Source: an uncultured Actinomycetota bacterium (lineage in GTDB: Bacteria > Actinomycetota > Actinomycetes > Actinomycetales > Dermatophilaceae). From it: a stretch of 64,000 nt of DNA. Location: the NCBI GenBank assembly GCA_963696105.1, contig CAVOIP010000001.1:376391-440390 (forward strand), written 5' to 3'. Under the pieces are notes generated by a model. It did not search any database. It was not told the DNA's origin and saw only the letters and a program-made list of their open reading frames with translations. The translations under genes and the position numbers were made by a program. Positions 26,663 to 36,216 of the stretch are shown in pieces (position 1 is the stretch's first letter; each line of letters begins with the position of its first letter).

Positions 26663-28177
26663 GTGACCGCAGCCTCCGCCCCCGCCTTCGCCACCCGTAT
26701 TCCGCTCAGCCGCGCGCAGGCAGACCCCGAGGGCATCTGCATCGCGGATACCCGGCGCAGCGTGACGAATGCCGCCTTCGCCGCTGAGGTGGCGCGGTTG
26801 GCCCAGCGACTGGCCGAGCTGGGTGTCGGACGTGGCGACACGGTCGCCGTGATGCTGCCCAACTGCTGCGAGATCGTGACCACCATGTTTGCGGCGTGGC
26901 ATCTCGGCGCCGCGCTGACGCCGGTCAACCCGGCGTTGACCGACGACGAGGTTCTCTACCAGTTGCAGGACTCGGCGAGCCGGGTGCTGGTGGGCGACGC
27001 GCGCGCCGGCGAGCTGGCCGGCCGTACCGGCCTTCATTCCATCGCCGCCGACTCGGTGCCGGTCACCGGTCGAGCGACGAGTCGGGACGCGGGCACGCCG
27101 GACCAGATGATGGGCGCAGGCGCGGCCCGGCCGGACGACTTCGCGCTGGTCATCTACACCTCGGGAACCACCGGCCGACCGAAGGGCTGCGTCCTCGACC
27201 ACGCCAACGTCGAGGCGATGGTCACGTCCATCAGTAAGCACCTGCACCTCACCAGCGACGACACGAGCCTGCTCGTCCTGCCGTTGTTCCACTGCAACGG
27301 CCTCCTCATCGGAGTGATGTCGGTGCTGCAGGCGGGGGGCAACGTGGTCGTCGCCCCCCGGTTCGACCCGGCGAGCTTCTGGCGGAACGTGGAGGAGCAC
27401 CGCCCCACGTTCTTCTCCGCAGTGCCCACGATGTACGCGCTGCTGGAGGCGCAGCCCGTGTCGGAGGTCGACACGTCCTCACTCCGGTTCGTCATCTGCG
27501 GCGCCGCGCCGATGCCGCCGGAGCTCGTTGGCCGGTTCGAGGCACGGTTCGGCGTTCCCGTCGTCGAGGGCTACGGACTGTCCGAGGGAAGCGTCGCCTC
27601 GACCGTCAACCCGGTCCAGGGGCCTCGCAAACCCGGCACCGTGGGGCCGGCCCTCCCGGGGCAGGAGGTGGAGATCGAAGCTCCTGATGGGCGTCGTCTC
27701 CCGCGCGGCGACCGGGGAGAGGTCGTCATCCGAGGCAGGAACGTCATGCGGGGCTACCTCGGCCGGCCCGACGCCACGGCGCAGGCGGTGCGCGACGGGT
27801 GGCTGCACACCGGTGACGTGGGATACCTCGACGAGGACGGCTACCTGGTCCTGGTCGACCGGTTGAAGGACATGATCATCCGCGGCGGGGAGAACATCTT
27901 CCCGAAGGAGATCGAGAACGTGCTCTACGACCATCCTGACGTGCTCGAGGCCGCCGTGGTGGGCAAGCCGGATCCGATCTACGGAGAGGTGCCTGTCGCA
28001 TACGTCGCTCCACGACCCGGGGCCGCACTCGACGGCGAGCAGCTCATCGAGCACTGCCGAGCCTCACTGGCCGGGTTCAAGGTTCCCCGGGAGTTCCACG
28101 TCATGGGCTCCCTGCCGAAGAACGCCGTCGGCAAGCTCGTGAAGGGACAGCTGAAGGCACCCCCTGCGGCGGGCTGA
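26663..28177 (+). CDS. AMP-dependent acyl-CoA synthetase/ligase
   Basis: The AMP-binding motif IYTSGTTGRPKG is present, along with GYGLSE, TGDVGYLDEDGYLVLVDRLKDMI and PKNAVGKL. I prefer the GTG start at 26663. The track ORF start at 26090 runs across the tRNA. Confidence 0.8.
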   Translation: MTAASAPAFATRIPLSRAQADPEGICIADTRRSVTNAAFAAEVARLAQRLAELGVGRGDTVAVMLPNCCEIVTTMFAAWHLGAALTPVNPALTDDEVLYQLQDSASRVLVGDARAGELAGRTGLHSIAADSVPVTGRATSRDAGTPDQMMGAGAARPDDFALVIYTSGTTGRPKGCVLDHANVEAMVTSISKHLHLTSDDTSLLVLPLFHCNGLLIGVMSVLQAGGNVVVAPRFDPASFWRNVEEHRPTFFSAVPTMYALLEAQPVSEVDTSSLRFVICGAAPMPPELVGRFEARFGVPVVEGYGLSEGSVASTVNPVQGPRKPGTVGPALPGQEVEIEAPDGRRLPRGDRGEVVIRGRNVMRGYLGRPDATAQAVRDGWLHTGDVGYLDEDGYLVLVDRLKDMIIRGGENIFPKEIENVLYDHPDVLEAAVVGKPDPIYGEVPVAYVAPRPGAALDGEQLIEHCRASLAGFKVPREFHVMGSLPKNAVGKLVKGQLKAPPAAG

Positions 28178-28275
28178 GAGGCCTCAGCCGTCTGTCGTGC
28201 CCGGTGCAGCTTGACCCATGTCGCGGCTGGCCCAGCGACCGGCGTGTGACCAGCGGACAGCCACAGCTGCCCGGT

Positions 28276-28873
28276 TCAGTCGTCGTAGCGGTAGAACCCC
28301 TGGCCGCTCTTGACTCCCATGTGGCCCTGCTCGATGTACTCGCGCAGCAGCCGCCGCGGCCCCTCGGGGAGAGCCGGTCGCACCGCGGCGTAGTGGTCCT
28401 CGATCGCCAGCACGACGTCCAGGCCGACCTGATCCATCAGCCGGAACGGCGGGACACCGGGGCGGGTGAAGATCTCCCACATCTTGTCCACGTCCTCGGC
28501 CGATGCAACTCCCTCCTCCAGCACCATGAGGCTCTCGCGCTTGATGGCGGCCCAGATGCGGTTGAAGATGAAGCCGTCGCTCTCCCGCCGCACGCGGAAC
28601 GGCACCATCCCGTACCGCGGCCGCTCCCTCCAGGCTGTCCACCGTCGACACCTCGCCGGGCCGGGCCGCATCGGTTCCGAGCGCGCGCTGGAACTCCTCG
28701 ATGTGGGCTGCTGCGTACTCCTGGGCCGCGTCCCGTTGCTCAGCGGACGGGTCGAAGATGCGCACGTCGGTGCCTCCGGCCGCGAACACCATCGCCATGC
28801 GTCGGCCGAGCGTGCCGGCTCCGTCGATCGCGACCGGACGCTGGTCGGCGTCGTCAGGAAATCGGTACGTCAT
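28276..28873 (-). pseudogene. 3-hydroxyacyl-CoA dehydrogenase family gene, frameshifted and apparently missing the central part of the NAD-binding domain
   Basis: The N-terminus VAIDGAGTLGRRMAMVFAAGGTDVRIFD is in one frame. The C-terminal part RESDGFIFNRIW...MDQVGLDVVL...GVKSGQGFYRY is in another. Total length is only ~199 codons versus the ~280-300 I expect. Confidence 0.6.
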
Positions 28874-29269
28874 GTGAGGCAACCCCTTCGAGGACGATCT
28901 TTGTCGTAGAAGGACGTACCCCACGAGAAGGGATCGACACAGAGGCCCAGGTTCATCCGGGGTGGGTGATGCCCCCGTCCATCTGCTGCGGTCAGATGAT
29001 CCGGGGTGAGCGCAGTGGACCACCAGTTCAGGAGTACGACCGGCGTCGACGTCGCTCAGCCGGGCTTCGCGAGAGCGACGCCGGAGCGAGCCCTTCTCAC
29101 CGCACGGTCACACCAGTCGGCGGAGATCCGTCGATCGACCTGGCCGGTCAAGCAGCGGCCCTGCTCGCCCCCGGGCAGCCGATCCCGCCTCCCGGAGCGC
29201 TCGAAGGGGCGGCCCGCGTCGTACCCGCTGTTCGTCTCCGGGAGACGCGAACCAGGCAGCAGACGCTAG

Positions 29270-29926
29270 GTGGATCTGGCGTCGGTGCTCACGCTGGTCC
29301 TGCTGGCGGTCTTCCTCGCCGTCCAGCCCTGGTCGGTGCTCGCGGCGATTCTGCTCGTGACCGCCCGCGGTGGAATGCGCAAGGAGCTCGCCTATGTCGG
29401 TGGGTGGGTCACGGCGTTGGCGGCGGTGGCGGCGGCGACCGTGCTGGTGTATCCGGACCTGTCGCGCACCGCGACGACGAGCCGGAGCCACGCCGCCGTC
29501 GAGCTGGCCGTCGGGCTGCTCCTGGGTGGCTGGCTGCTGAGGCGCTGGCGGCGCCCGAAGGACCCGGGCACCGACAGCCAACCCTCGTGGATGGGCCGCC
29601 TGGACGCCATGTCGCCGTTGCTGGCGTTCGGGCTCGGCGCGTTCCTGCCGACCTATGCCGTGGTCGTGGCGGCGGTCTCCGAGATGCTGTCCAGCGGGCT
29701 CAGCAGGGAATGGTTGGTGGTCGCTGCGGTGGGGTGGGTCATGCTCGGCTCGGCCGGGGTCGCCTCGCCCCTGGTGGTGCTCGTGACCAACCGGGACGAC
29801 GCGCCGGAGACGTACCAGCGGTGGCGGTCGTGGATCGTCGGGCACAGCCGCACGGTGCTCTACGTTGCCGGCGCGTCGGTGTGCCTCCTCCTCGTCGGCA
29901 AGGGCATCGCCGGGCTCGCCGGCTGA
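29270..29926 (+). CDS. GAP-family (DUF2910 / Sap-like) integral membrane protein
   Basis: 218 aa with about six hydrophobic helices. Start is GTG. The family call is from recollection of similar actinobacterial proteins. Confidence 0.55.
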   Translation: MDLASVLTLVLLAVFLAVQPWSVLAAILLVTARGGMRKELAYVGGWVTALAAVAAATVLVYPDLSRTATTSRSHAAVELAVGLLLGGWLLRRWRRPKDPGTDSQPSWMGRLDAMSPLLAFGLGAFLPTYAVVVAAVSEMLSSGLSREWLVVAAVGWVMLGSAGVASPLVVLVTNRDDAPETYQRWRSWIVGHSRTVLYVAGASVCLLLVGKGIAGLAG

Positions 29927-30139
29927 CCGCCGCACCGCACAGGGCGGACCTGCGCCCGGATGGGGAAGCGGTCCAGCACCGGACGATTGCCACGTCCGCC
30001 GACGGCAGCGAGGATGTCTGCGGAAGGCGGCACGATCGGTGGCGTGGCGCATCGGGGAACGGCGCTGGTGCTCGAGCCGCTCGTCAGCCCCGCGCGCTGT
30101 CTGGCGCGGGGCGCGGCTGGTCGTCGGGAGTTGGAACGC

Positions 30140-30946
30140 ATGCCACAGGTCGAGGTCGACGGGCTCAGGGTCAACTACGACGTCCAGGGGGAGGGGGAGC
30201 CGCTCCTGCTGATCCCGTACACGTCGGCGGATCACGCCTGCTACGCGTTCCAGGTTCCGGCCTACACCGAGCACTTCCGCTGCGTCGCGATCGACCTCCC
30301 CGGCTCGGGTGAGAGCGACACGCCGGCCGGGCCGTACTCGACCGAGGGCTATGCCGACCAGGTCGCCGCGCTCCTCGGTGCCCTCGGCATCGAGCGCGCC
30401 CACGTCGCCGGGGTGTCGCTCGGCGCCGCGGTGGGCATGCACCTCGCCGCCCGCCATCCGGACCGGGTGCGCTCGCTCTCGCTGCACAGCGGCTGGCATG
30501 CCAGTGATCGCTACCTGAAGAGTGTCGTCGAGCAGTGGCGCACGATGGCGTCCGTCCTCCCGTCCGTCGCCGACGTGGTGGTCCAGGGGATCTTCCCGTG
30601 GTGCTTCACGCCCGAGATGTACGTCGACCGGCCGGAGTTCGTCGCCACACTGGTGGATTTCGTGCGCAGTCGCCCCGCCCAGCCGGTGGACGCGTTCCTG
30701 GCCCAGACCGACGCGGTCATCGCCCACGACGCGAGCGCGGCGCTCCCCGGGATCGACGTTCCGACCCTCATCACGTTCGGAGCCCGTGACCTCGTCTGCT
30801 CCACGCGCTTTGCTGAGCCGCTCACCAGCGGTATCCGCGGCAGCGAGCTGGTGGTCTTCGAGCATCTGTCCCACGCGGGGCTGCACGAGGACCCGGAGTC
30901 CTTCAACCGCGCGACGCTCGACTTCCTCCTGCGCCAACGCTCCTGA
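30140..30946 (+). CDS. Alpha/beta-fold hydrolase
   Basis: The nucleophile elbow GVSLGA is present, with HSGWH and a C-terminal ..EHLSHAGLHEDPE (catalytic His region). A GGGAG RBS precedes the ATG at 30140. Confidence 0.75.
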   Translation: MPQVEVDGLRVNYDVQGEGEPLLLIPYTSADHACYAFQVPAYTEHFRCVAIDLPGSGESDTPAGPYSTEGYADQVAALLGALGIERAHVAGVSLGAAVGMHLAARHPDRVRSLSLHSGWHASDRYLKSVVEQWRTMASVLPSVADVVVQGIFPWCFTPEMYVDRPEFVATLVDFVRSRPAQPVDAFLAQTDAVIAHDASAALPGIDVPTLITFGARDLVCSTRFAEPLTSGIRGSELVVFEHLSHAGLHEDPESFNRATLDFLLRQRS

Positions 30947-31088
30947 GCTGGGCGGCGTTCGCGGTCGGCCCCCAGGAAAGCCGCGGCCGCCGGGCAGGGA
31001 ACGGTATTGCCCGTCATGGCCGTCGGTGGGAGCGTGGGGAGCGCCGGGCGCGTCCGGCGACCGGCATCTGACCGGTTGGAGGTAGGCG

Positions 31089-31862
31089 ATGGCTGAGATC
31101 ATGATCAGCAACCTCGACACGGAAGGTGAGCGGCGAGCCTTCGCGGACCACGGGCACGCGGTGCTCGCCAACGCCGGCGGAGCCGCCGTCCTGCGTGGGT
31201 CGTTCGAGCCGGGCTGGCGCTGGTCGAACGACGTGGCGCCGCTCGCCGGGACGACCAGCTGCCGGGTGCACCACCTGGGCTATGTCCAGTCGGGCTCGAT
31301 GCGGGTCAGGCTCGACGACGGGACGGAGCGCGACATCTCCGCCGGCGACCTGTTCGACCTGCCCGAAGGACATGACGCGTGGGTGACCAGTGACGTCCCC
31401 TGCGAGATGGTGGACTTCTCCTCCGAGGCGACCCGGTACGCCGTGGGCCGCCCGAAGGACATCGCCGGACCCGAGGACGCCGCGATGACGCTGGTGCGCC
31501 GTGGCTACGAGGCGTTCAACGCCCACGACGTCCAGGGGCTGCGTTCGCTGTTCGCCCACGACGTGGCCCAGCACGTGCCCGGGACAGGTCCGCTCGCGGG
31601 GACGTACAAGGGCGTGGACGCGGTGCTGGGCTACTACGGGCGCCTCGGCGAGCTGACCGACGGCACGTTCCGGGCAGACCTGGTCGACGTGCACGGTGAC
31701 GGCCACGGGCACGTCATGGCGGTCCACCAGATGTCCTCCGTGCGCGACGGCGTCAAGCACGTCTCCCGCGGGTCCATCCTGTTCACCTTCCTCGGCGACA
31801 AGGTCACCGACCTGCTCGAGCTGCACGGCGACCTTGCCGGCGACGACGCCTTCCTGAGCTGA
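31089..31862 (+). CDS. Cupin domain + SnoaL/NTF2-like domain fusion protein
   Basis: The N-terminal beta-barrel-like part reads HHLGYVQSGSMRVRLDDGTERDISAGDLFDLPEGHDAW. The C-terminal part reads LVRRGYEAFNAHDVQGLRSLFAHDV... Confidence 0.6.
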   Translation: MAEIMISNLDTEGERRAFADHGHAVLANAGGAAVLRGSFEPGWRWSNDVAPLAGTTSCRVHHLGYVQSGSMRVRLDDGTERDISAGDLFDLPEGHDAWVTSDVPCEMVDFSSEATRYAVGRPKDIAGPEDAAMTLVRRGYEAFNAHDVQGLRSLFAHDVAQHVPGTGPLAGTYKGVDAVLGYYGRLGELTDGTFRADLVDVHGDGHGHVMAVHQMSSVRDGVKHVSRGSILFTFLGDKVTDLLELHGDLAGDDAFLS

Positions 31863-32368
31863 CGTTCCCCCGCGTGCCGAGGAGCACGTCCGCACCCTCA
31901 CCGCTCCCGGCGGGAAGGGTCGTTTCCCCTGCACGACGTCGTCGTGCAGGAGGAGGCGCCGCTCGTGGCGGCACCGACGCAGGTCCTGGCCCCCCCGCGG
32001 CGAGGCCTCGGGTTCGAGCGGGGTTCGCAGGCTCGTCCGCGTCCCGCTCGAGCGCTGCGGTCTCGCCGTGGGCCGGCGCGCGCTACCATCGAGGTGGTAC
32101 CGGTCCTCGGTCCCGCCACTCCTCCAGCGCCGGCCCCGGCTCCGCTCGGTGGTGACGGTCGCCGGCTGAGGGCTGAAGGTCCCACACCGCAGGCGGGCCG
32201 TCGGGCCGGACGCCTCGATCTCTCGCAGATCCGTGGGGCCGTGTTCCGTCGCGGAGGTCCCATCCGGGCACCTCCGTCCGACGTCCCATCGCCCCGGCCG
32301 CGGGACCGCGTGCGGATGTCGTCCGTCCGCCGCGTCCCGTACGTCGCGGGCACCCTGAGGAGGAGTTC

Positions 32369-34495
32369 TTGGCTCGACGAGGCCAGCGCCAGTCCGGTGC
32401 CACCCGGACCGCGCCCCGTACCCAGCGACGCACCCGCGCTCTCGACGAGGAGGGCATCATCCCGGTGCTCGCCCGCGCCGTCCGCGAGGTCGAGGCCGCG
32501 GCTGAACGCGGCCGCGTCCGGCCGGCAGGGCGCACGACGTTCCAGGTCGTGGCCCTGCTGGTGCGCGAGGAGCGGGCCCGCGTCAAGGCCGACGAGGGCC
32601 TGGGTGCCACCCGGCGTGCCGAGCAGCTGAAGCGCCTCGACGGGCTGGCGACGATCCTGGCCAAGACCGCTGCCCGCGACACCTCGCTCCTGGCGCTGCT
32701 CGCCGAGGACGCCGTCGTGTCCAGCGCGGCCACGTCCCTCAAGCGGGAGATGCTGCGCGCCGCCGGTGTCGAGCCGACCCCGGAGGAGACCAGACCGGCC
32801 GAGTCGGTGGTCCCCGCCGGAACGCCTGAGCGCCGGGTGGTGCCGCAGTCGGTCCTCTCCCGGCAGCTCGCCAACCCGTTCCTGGCGCCCGACTTCTCCT
32901 CCGTCGGTCAGCGCCGGACCGCAGCCGGGCACCTGGACAGCTGGGAGCTGCTCGGGCCCCTGTTCCGGTCGTTCGAGTACGGCGGAACCTCCTCGTGCAT
33001 GGACCTGCCCGAGCCGGCATCCCTGCGGGCGCCGGGCGGCCTGGAGCTGATGCCGCACCAGGCCCGGGTGGTCTCCGCCGCGGCGTCCGGCCACCGGACC
33101 TTCCTGCTCGCCGACGAGCCCGGGCTGGGCAAGACCGCCCAGGCGCTGCTCGCGGCCCAGGCGGCGGACGCGTACCCGCTGCTGGTCGTCGTACCGAACG
33201 TCGTGAAGACGAACTGGGCCCGCGAGGCCGGCCTCTGGACCCCGTCCCACCCCGCCACGGTCATCCACGGCAACGGCGACACGATCGACGGGTTCGCCGA
33301 CATCGTCGTCGTCAACTACGAGGTGCTCGACCGTCACGTCGGGTGGCTCGGCGACTTCGGCTTCCGCGGCATGGTCGTCGACGAGGCGCACTTCATCAAG
33401 AACAAGACCTCCCAGCGCTCCCAGCACGTCCTGCAGCTCTCCGACCGGATCCGGGCCCGCGCCGGGAGGCCGCTGCTCATGGCGCTGACCGGGACCCCGC
33501 TGATCAACGACATCGAGGACTTCAAGGCCATCTGGCAGTTCCTCGGCTGGATCGACGAGAAGAAGCCCCGGGCCGCGCTGATGGAGTCGCTCGAGCAGAC
33601 GGGGCTGACCCCCGCGGACTTCGGCTTCTACGCCGCCGCCCGCACCAGCGTGATCAACCTGGGCATCGTCCGCCGTCGCAAGGTGGACGTGGCCGCCGAC
33701 ATCCCCGCCCGTCGTATCGCCGACCTGCCGGTCGAGCTCGACGACGAAGCCGGCCGCTCGATCCGCGCCGCCGAGCGGGAGCTGGCGCGCCGCCTCGTGG
33801 CGCGGTACGAGACCGCGCTCGCGACCCGCACCTCCGGGATCGCCGTCGAGGGCATCGACCACGAGCTCGTACGACGGGTCGCCACCTGGGAGCGGGAGGC
33901 GACCGCCACCAAGACCGGCGAGAACGTGTTCAGCGTGCTGCGGCGCATCGGGCAGGGGAAGGCCGGCCTGGCCGCCGACTACGCCGCCCAGCTCGCGCGC
34001 AACGTCGGCAAGGTCGTCTTCTTCGCCAAGCACGTCGACGTCATGGACGTCGCCGAGGAGACCTTCGCCAAGCGCGGCATCCGCTTCGCCTCGATCCGCG
34101 GCGACCAGACCCCGAGAGCGCGCCAGAGCAACATCGACGCGTTCGTCAACGACCCGGAGGTCGCGGTGGTGGTGTGTTCGCTGACGGCCGCCGGCGTGGG
34201 GCTCAACCTGCAGGTCGCCTCCAACGTCGTCCTGGCCGAGCTGTCCTGGACCGACGCGGAGCAGACGCAGGCCATCGACCGGGTCCACCGCATCGGGCAG
34301 GCCGAGCCCGTCACCGCGTGGCGCATCATCGCCGCGCAGACCATCGACACCAAGATCGCCCAGGTCATCGACAGCAAGGCGGGGCTCGCCGCACGGGCCC
34401 TCGACGGCTCCGACGAGGAGGTGTCGTCCTCGGCCGACGTGCAGCTCGAGGCGCTGGTCGCGCTGCTGACCGAGGCGCTGTCGGCGTCGCTGTAG
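32369..34495 (+). CDS. SNF2-family DEAD/DEAH-box helicase
   Basis: Motifs LLADEPGLGKTAQAL, DEAHFIKNKTSQRS, LTGTPLINDIEDF, GLNLQVASNVVLAELSWTDAEQTQAIDRVHRIGQ are present. The TTG start is preceded by GAGGAGGAG. The N-terminal ~230 aa have no domain I recognise. Confidence 0.8.
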   Translation: MARRGQRQSGATRTAPRTQRRTRALDEEGIIPVLARAVREVEAAAERGRVRPAGRTTFQVVALLVREERARVKADEGLGATRRAEQLKRLDGLATILAKTAARDTSLLALLAEDAVVSSAATSLKREMLRAAGVEPTPEETRPAESVVPAGTPERRVVPQSVLSRQLANPFLAPDFSSVGQRRTAAGHLDSWELLGPLFRSFEYGGTSSCMDLPEPASLRAPGGLELMPHQARVVSAAASGHRTFLLADEPGLGKTAQALLAAQAADAYPLLVVVPNVVKTNWAREAGLWTPSHPATVIHGNGDTIDGFADIVVVNYEVLDRHVGWLGDFGFRGMVVDEAHFIKNKTSQRSQHVLQLSDRIRARAGRPLLMALTGTPLINDIEDFKAIWQFLGWIDEKKPRAALMESLEQTGLTPADFGFYAAARTSVINLGIVRRRKVDVAADIPARRIADLPVELDDEAGRSIRAAERELARRLVARYETALATRTSGIAVEGIDHELVRRVATWEREATATKTGENVFSVLRRIGQGKAGLAADYAAQLARNVGKVVFFAKHVDVMDVAEETFAKRGIRFASIRGDQTPRARQSNIDAFVNDPEVAVVVCSLTAAGVGLNLQVASNVVLAELSWTDAEQTQAIDRVHRIGQAEPVTAWRIIAAQTIDTKIAQVIDSKAGLAARALDGSDEEVSSSADVQLEALVALLTEALSASL

Positions 34496-34544
34496 CCGCG
34501 CGCGGGGCGCCGTCCGCCTGAGGCCCACCCTGCCGAGCGACCAC

Positions 34545-35470
34545 ATGGTCATCGGCAGCCGACCGGCGCGCTCCCGGTTTGCGGGAGCCGGCTGCGCTGC
34601 AAGACTCGGACCTCCGGAGCTGCCACAACGTCAACCCCAACGCCACCGCGGTCGGCGGCATCTACGGCTACTCCCACACCTGCGGCGGGTACGACGGCGG
34701 CCAGGCCGAGTTCGTCCGGGTGCCCTTCGCCGACGTGGGGCCGAGCCTCATCCCCGACTGGATGGACGACGAGGACGCGGTGCTGCTCACCGACGCCCTC
34801 GCCACCGGCTACTTCGGAGCCCAGCTCGGCGACATCGTCGAGGGGGACGTGGTGGTGGTCTTCGGGGCCGGCCCGGTGGGGCTGTTCGCCGCCAAGTCGG
34901 CCTGGCTCGATGGGCGCCGGGCGGGTCATCGTCATCGACCACCTGGAGTACCGGCTGGAGAAGGCCCGCACCTTCGCCCACGCCGAGACCCACAACTTCG
35001 CCGAGTACGACGACATCGTCGTGCACATGAAGAAGATCACCGACCACCTCGGCGCCGACGTGGCCATCGACGCGGTGGGTGCCGAGGCCGACGGCAGCTT
35101 CCTGCAGCACGTCACCTCGGCCACGCTGAAGCTGCAGGGCGGTTCCCCGGTTGCCCTGAACTGGGCCATCGACTCGGTCCGCAAGGGCGGCACCGTCTCG
35201 GTGATGGGCGCGTACGGCCCGATGTTCAGTGCGGTCAAGCTCGGCGACGCGATGAACAAGGGACTGACGCTCCGGATGAACCAGTGCCCCGTGAAGCGGC
35301 AGTGGCCGCGACTGTTCGAGCACATCCGGGCCGGCTACCTCAAGCCCAGCGACGTGGTGACGCACCGGATCCCGCTGGAGCACATCACCGAGGGCTACCA
35401 CATCTTCTCGGCCAAGCTGGACGACTGCATCAAGCCGCTGATCGTCCCGAGCGCCGGCCTGAGACGGAGG
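34545..35470 (+). pseudogene. Zinc-dependent alcohol/formaldehyde dehydrogenase family remnant: 5'-truncated and frameshifted
   Basis: It begins mid-protein (..CHNVNPNATAVGGIYGYSHTCGGYDGGQAEFVRVPFADVG; FGAGPVGLFAAKSAWL). It shifts frame at ~34905 (..MGAGRVIVIDHLEYRLEKA...KLDDCIKPLIVP). The N-terminal catalytic-zinc region is absent. The end coordinate is approximate. Confidence 0.65.
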
Positions 35471-35476
35471 AGAACC

Positions 35477-36058
35477 ATGGCCTACACCGCCGACAAGCCG
35501 CCGCTCGCCGAGACCAGCGAGCAGCTGCGTGCCCGCATCCCCGGCTGGGGCGTGGACCTGGACCCCCGGGACCGTCCGTCGGTACCGCGTGAGGTGCGCG
35601 TGGAGCCCCGGCAGAACGGCGCGCACTGGGAGTTCCCGGAGCGCCAACCGGAGAAGTGGCCGCGGGAGCGGTCGATCGAGCACGCGTTCCTCACGCCGGT
35701 GTTCGGTACCTCCTGCCCACCCCACGGCCTGTCCGGGGTGATCCGCAGGCTCGCGTACGCCCGGTACAGCGAGGGCCGGGCCGCGCACTGGCTGCTCCTG
35801 CTGGGCGCCGACCGCGTGGACGCCGTGGAGAGCCACCTGCGTTCGCTCGCAACCCTCCACCCCGACAACCCGGTCACCGAGACCGGGGTGCTCAGCGAGC
35901 TCTCCCACCACGGCGTCGCCTCACGCCCGGGACGCCGGCGCGCTGACCTGAACCACCAGGTGCTCGACCCCGTCGTCGTCGCCGGGCCATGGCTGGTGGC
36001 GGGACTCCTCGGCTACGCCGCGCTCAAGCGCCTGGTGGGGACCGGGCGCGGCCGGTAG
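35477..36058 (+). CDS. Hypothetical protein with a C-terminal TM helix
   Basis: A GGAGGAG RBS precedes the ATG at 35477. Product MAYTADKPPLAETSEQLRARIPGWGVDLDPRDRP... has high GC3. In this sequence it is in frame with the ADH remnant with no intervening stop. Confidence 0.55.
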   Translation: MAYTADKPPLAETSEQLRARIPGWGVDLDPRDRPSVPREVRVEPRQNGAHWEFPERQPEKWPRERSIEHAFLTPVFGTSCPPHGLSGVIRRLAYARYSEGRAAHWLLLLGADRVDAVESHLRSLATLHPDNPVTETGVLSELSHHGVASRPGRRRADLNHQVLDPVVVAGPWLVAGLLGYAALKRLVGTGRGR

Positions 36059-36216
36059 CCGCCCGAACCGAGCCCGGACATCGCCCCCGGCGCGGGGTGG
36101 TGATTGACGGGGGTCGTCGTTGCCGAGGAGCATCACGGGGAGAGGCATCGTTCTCGTCCGCGGCCGCAGGCGGCTGCGGACGGCGGATGCCGACCTGCTC
36201 CTCGAGGGAGTCGTCG

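Noticed and set aside
26131-31862. Integrated prophage or integrative element at the tRNA gene.
   Set aside because: There is no integrase, recombinase, phage or conjugation gene, and I found no repeat of the tRNA 3' end by eye. I kept it only as a low-interest 'eroded island' hypothesis.
32369-34495. SNF2 helicase as part of a BREX/DISARM-like defence island.
   Set aside because: No methyltransferase, phospholipase D, DUF1998 or other partner genes are nearby. The neighbours are a cupin protein and an ADH remnant.
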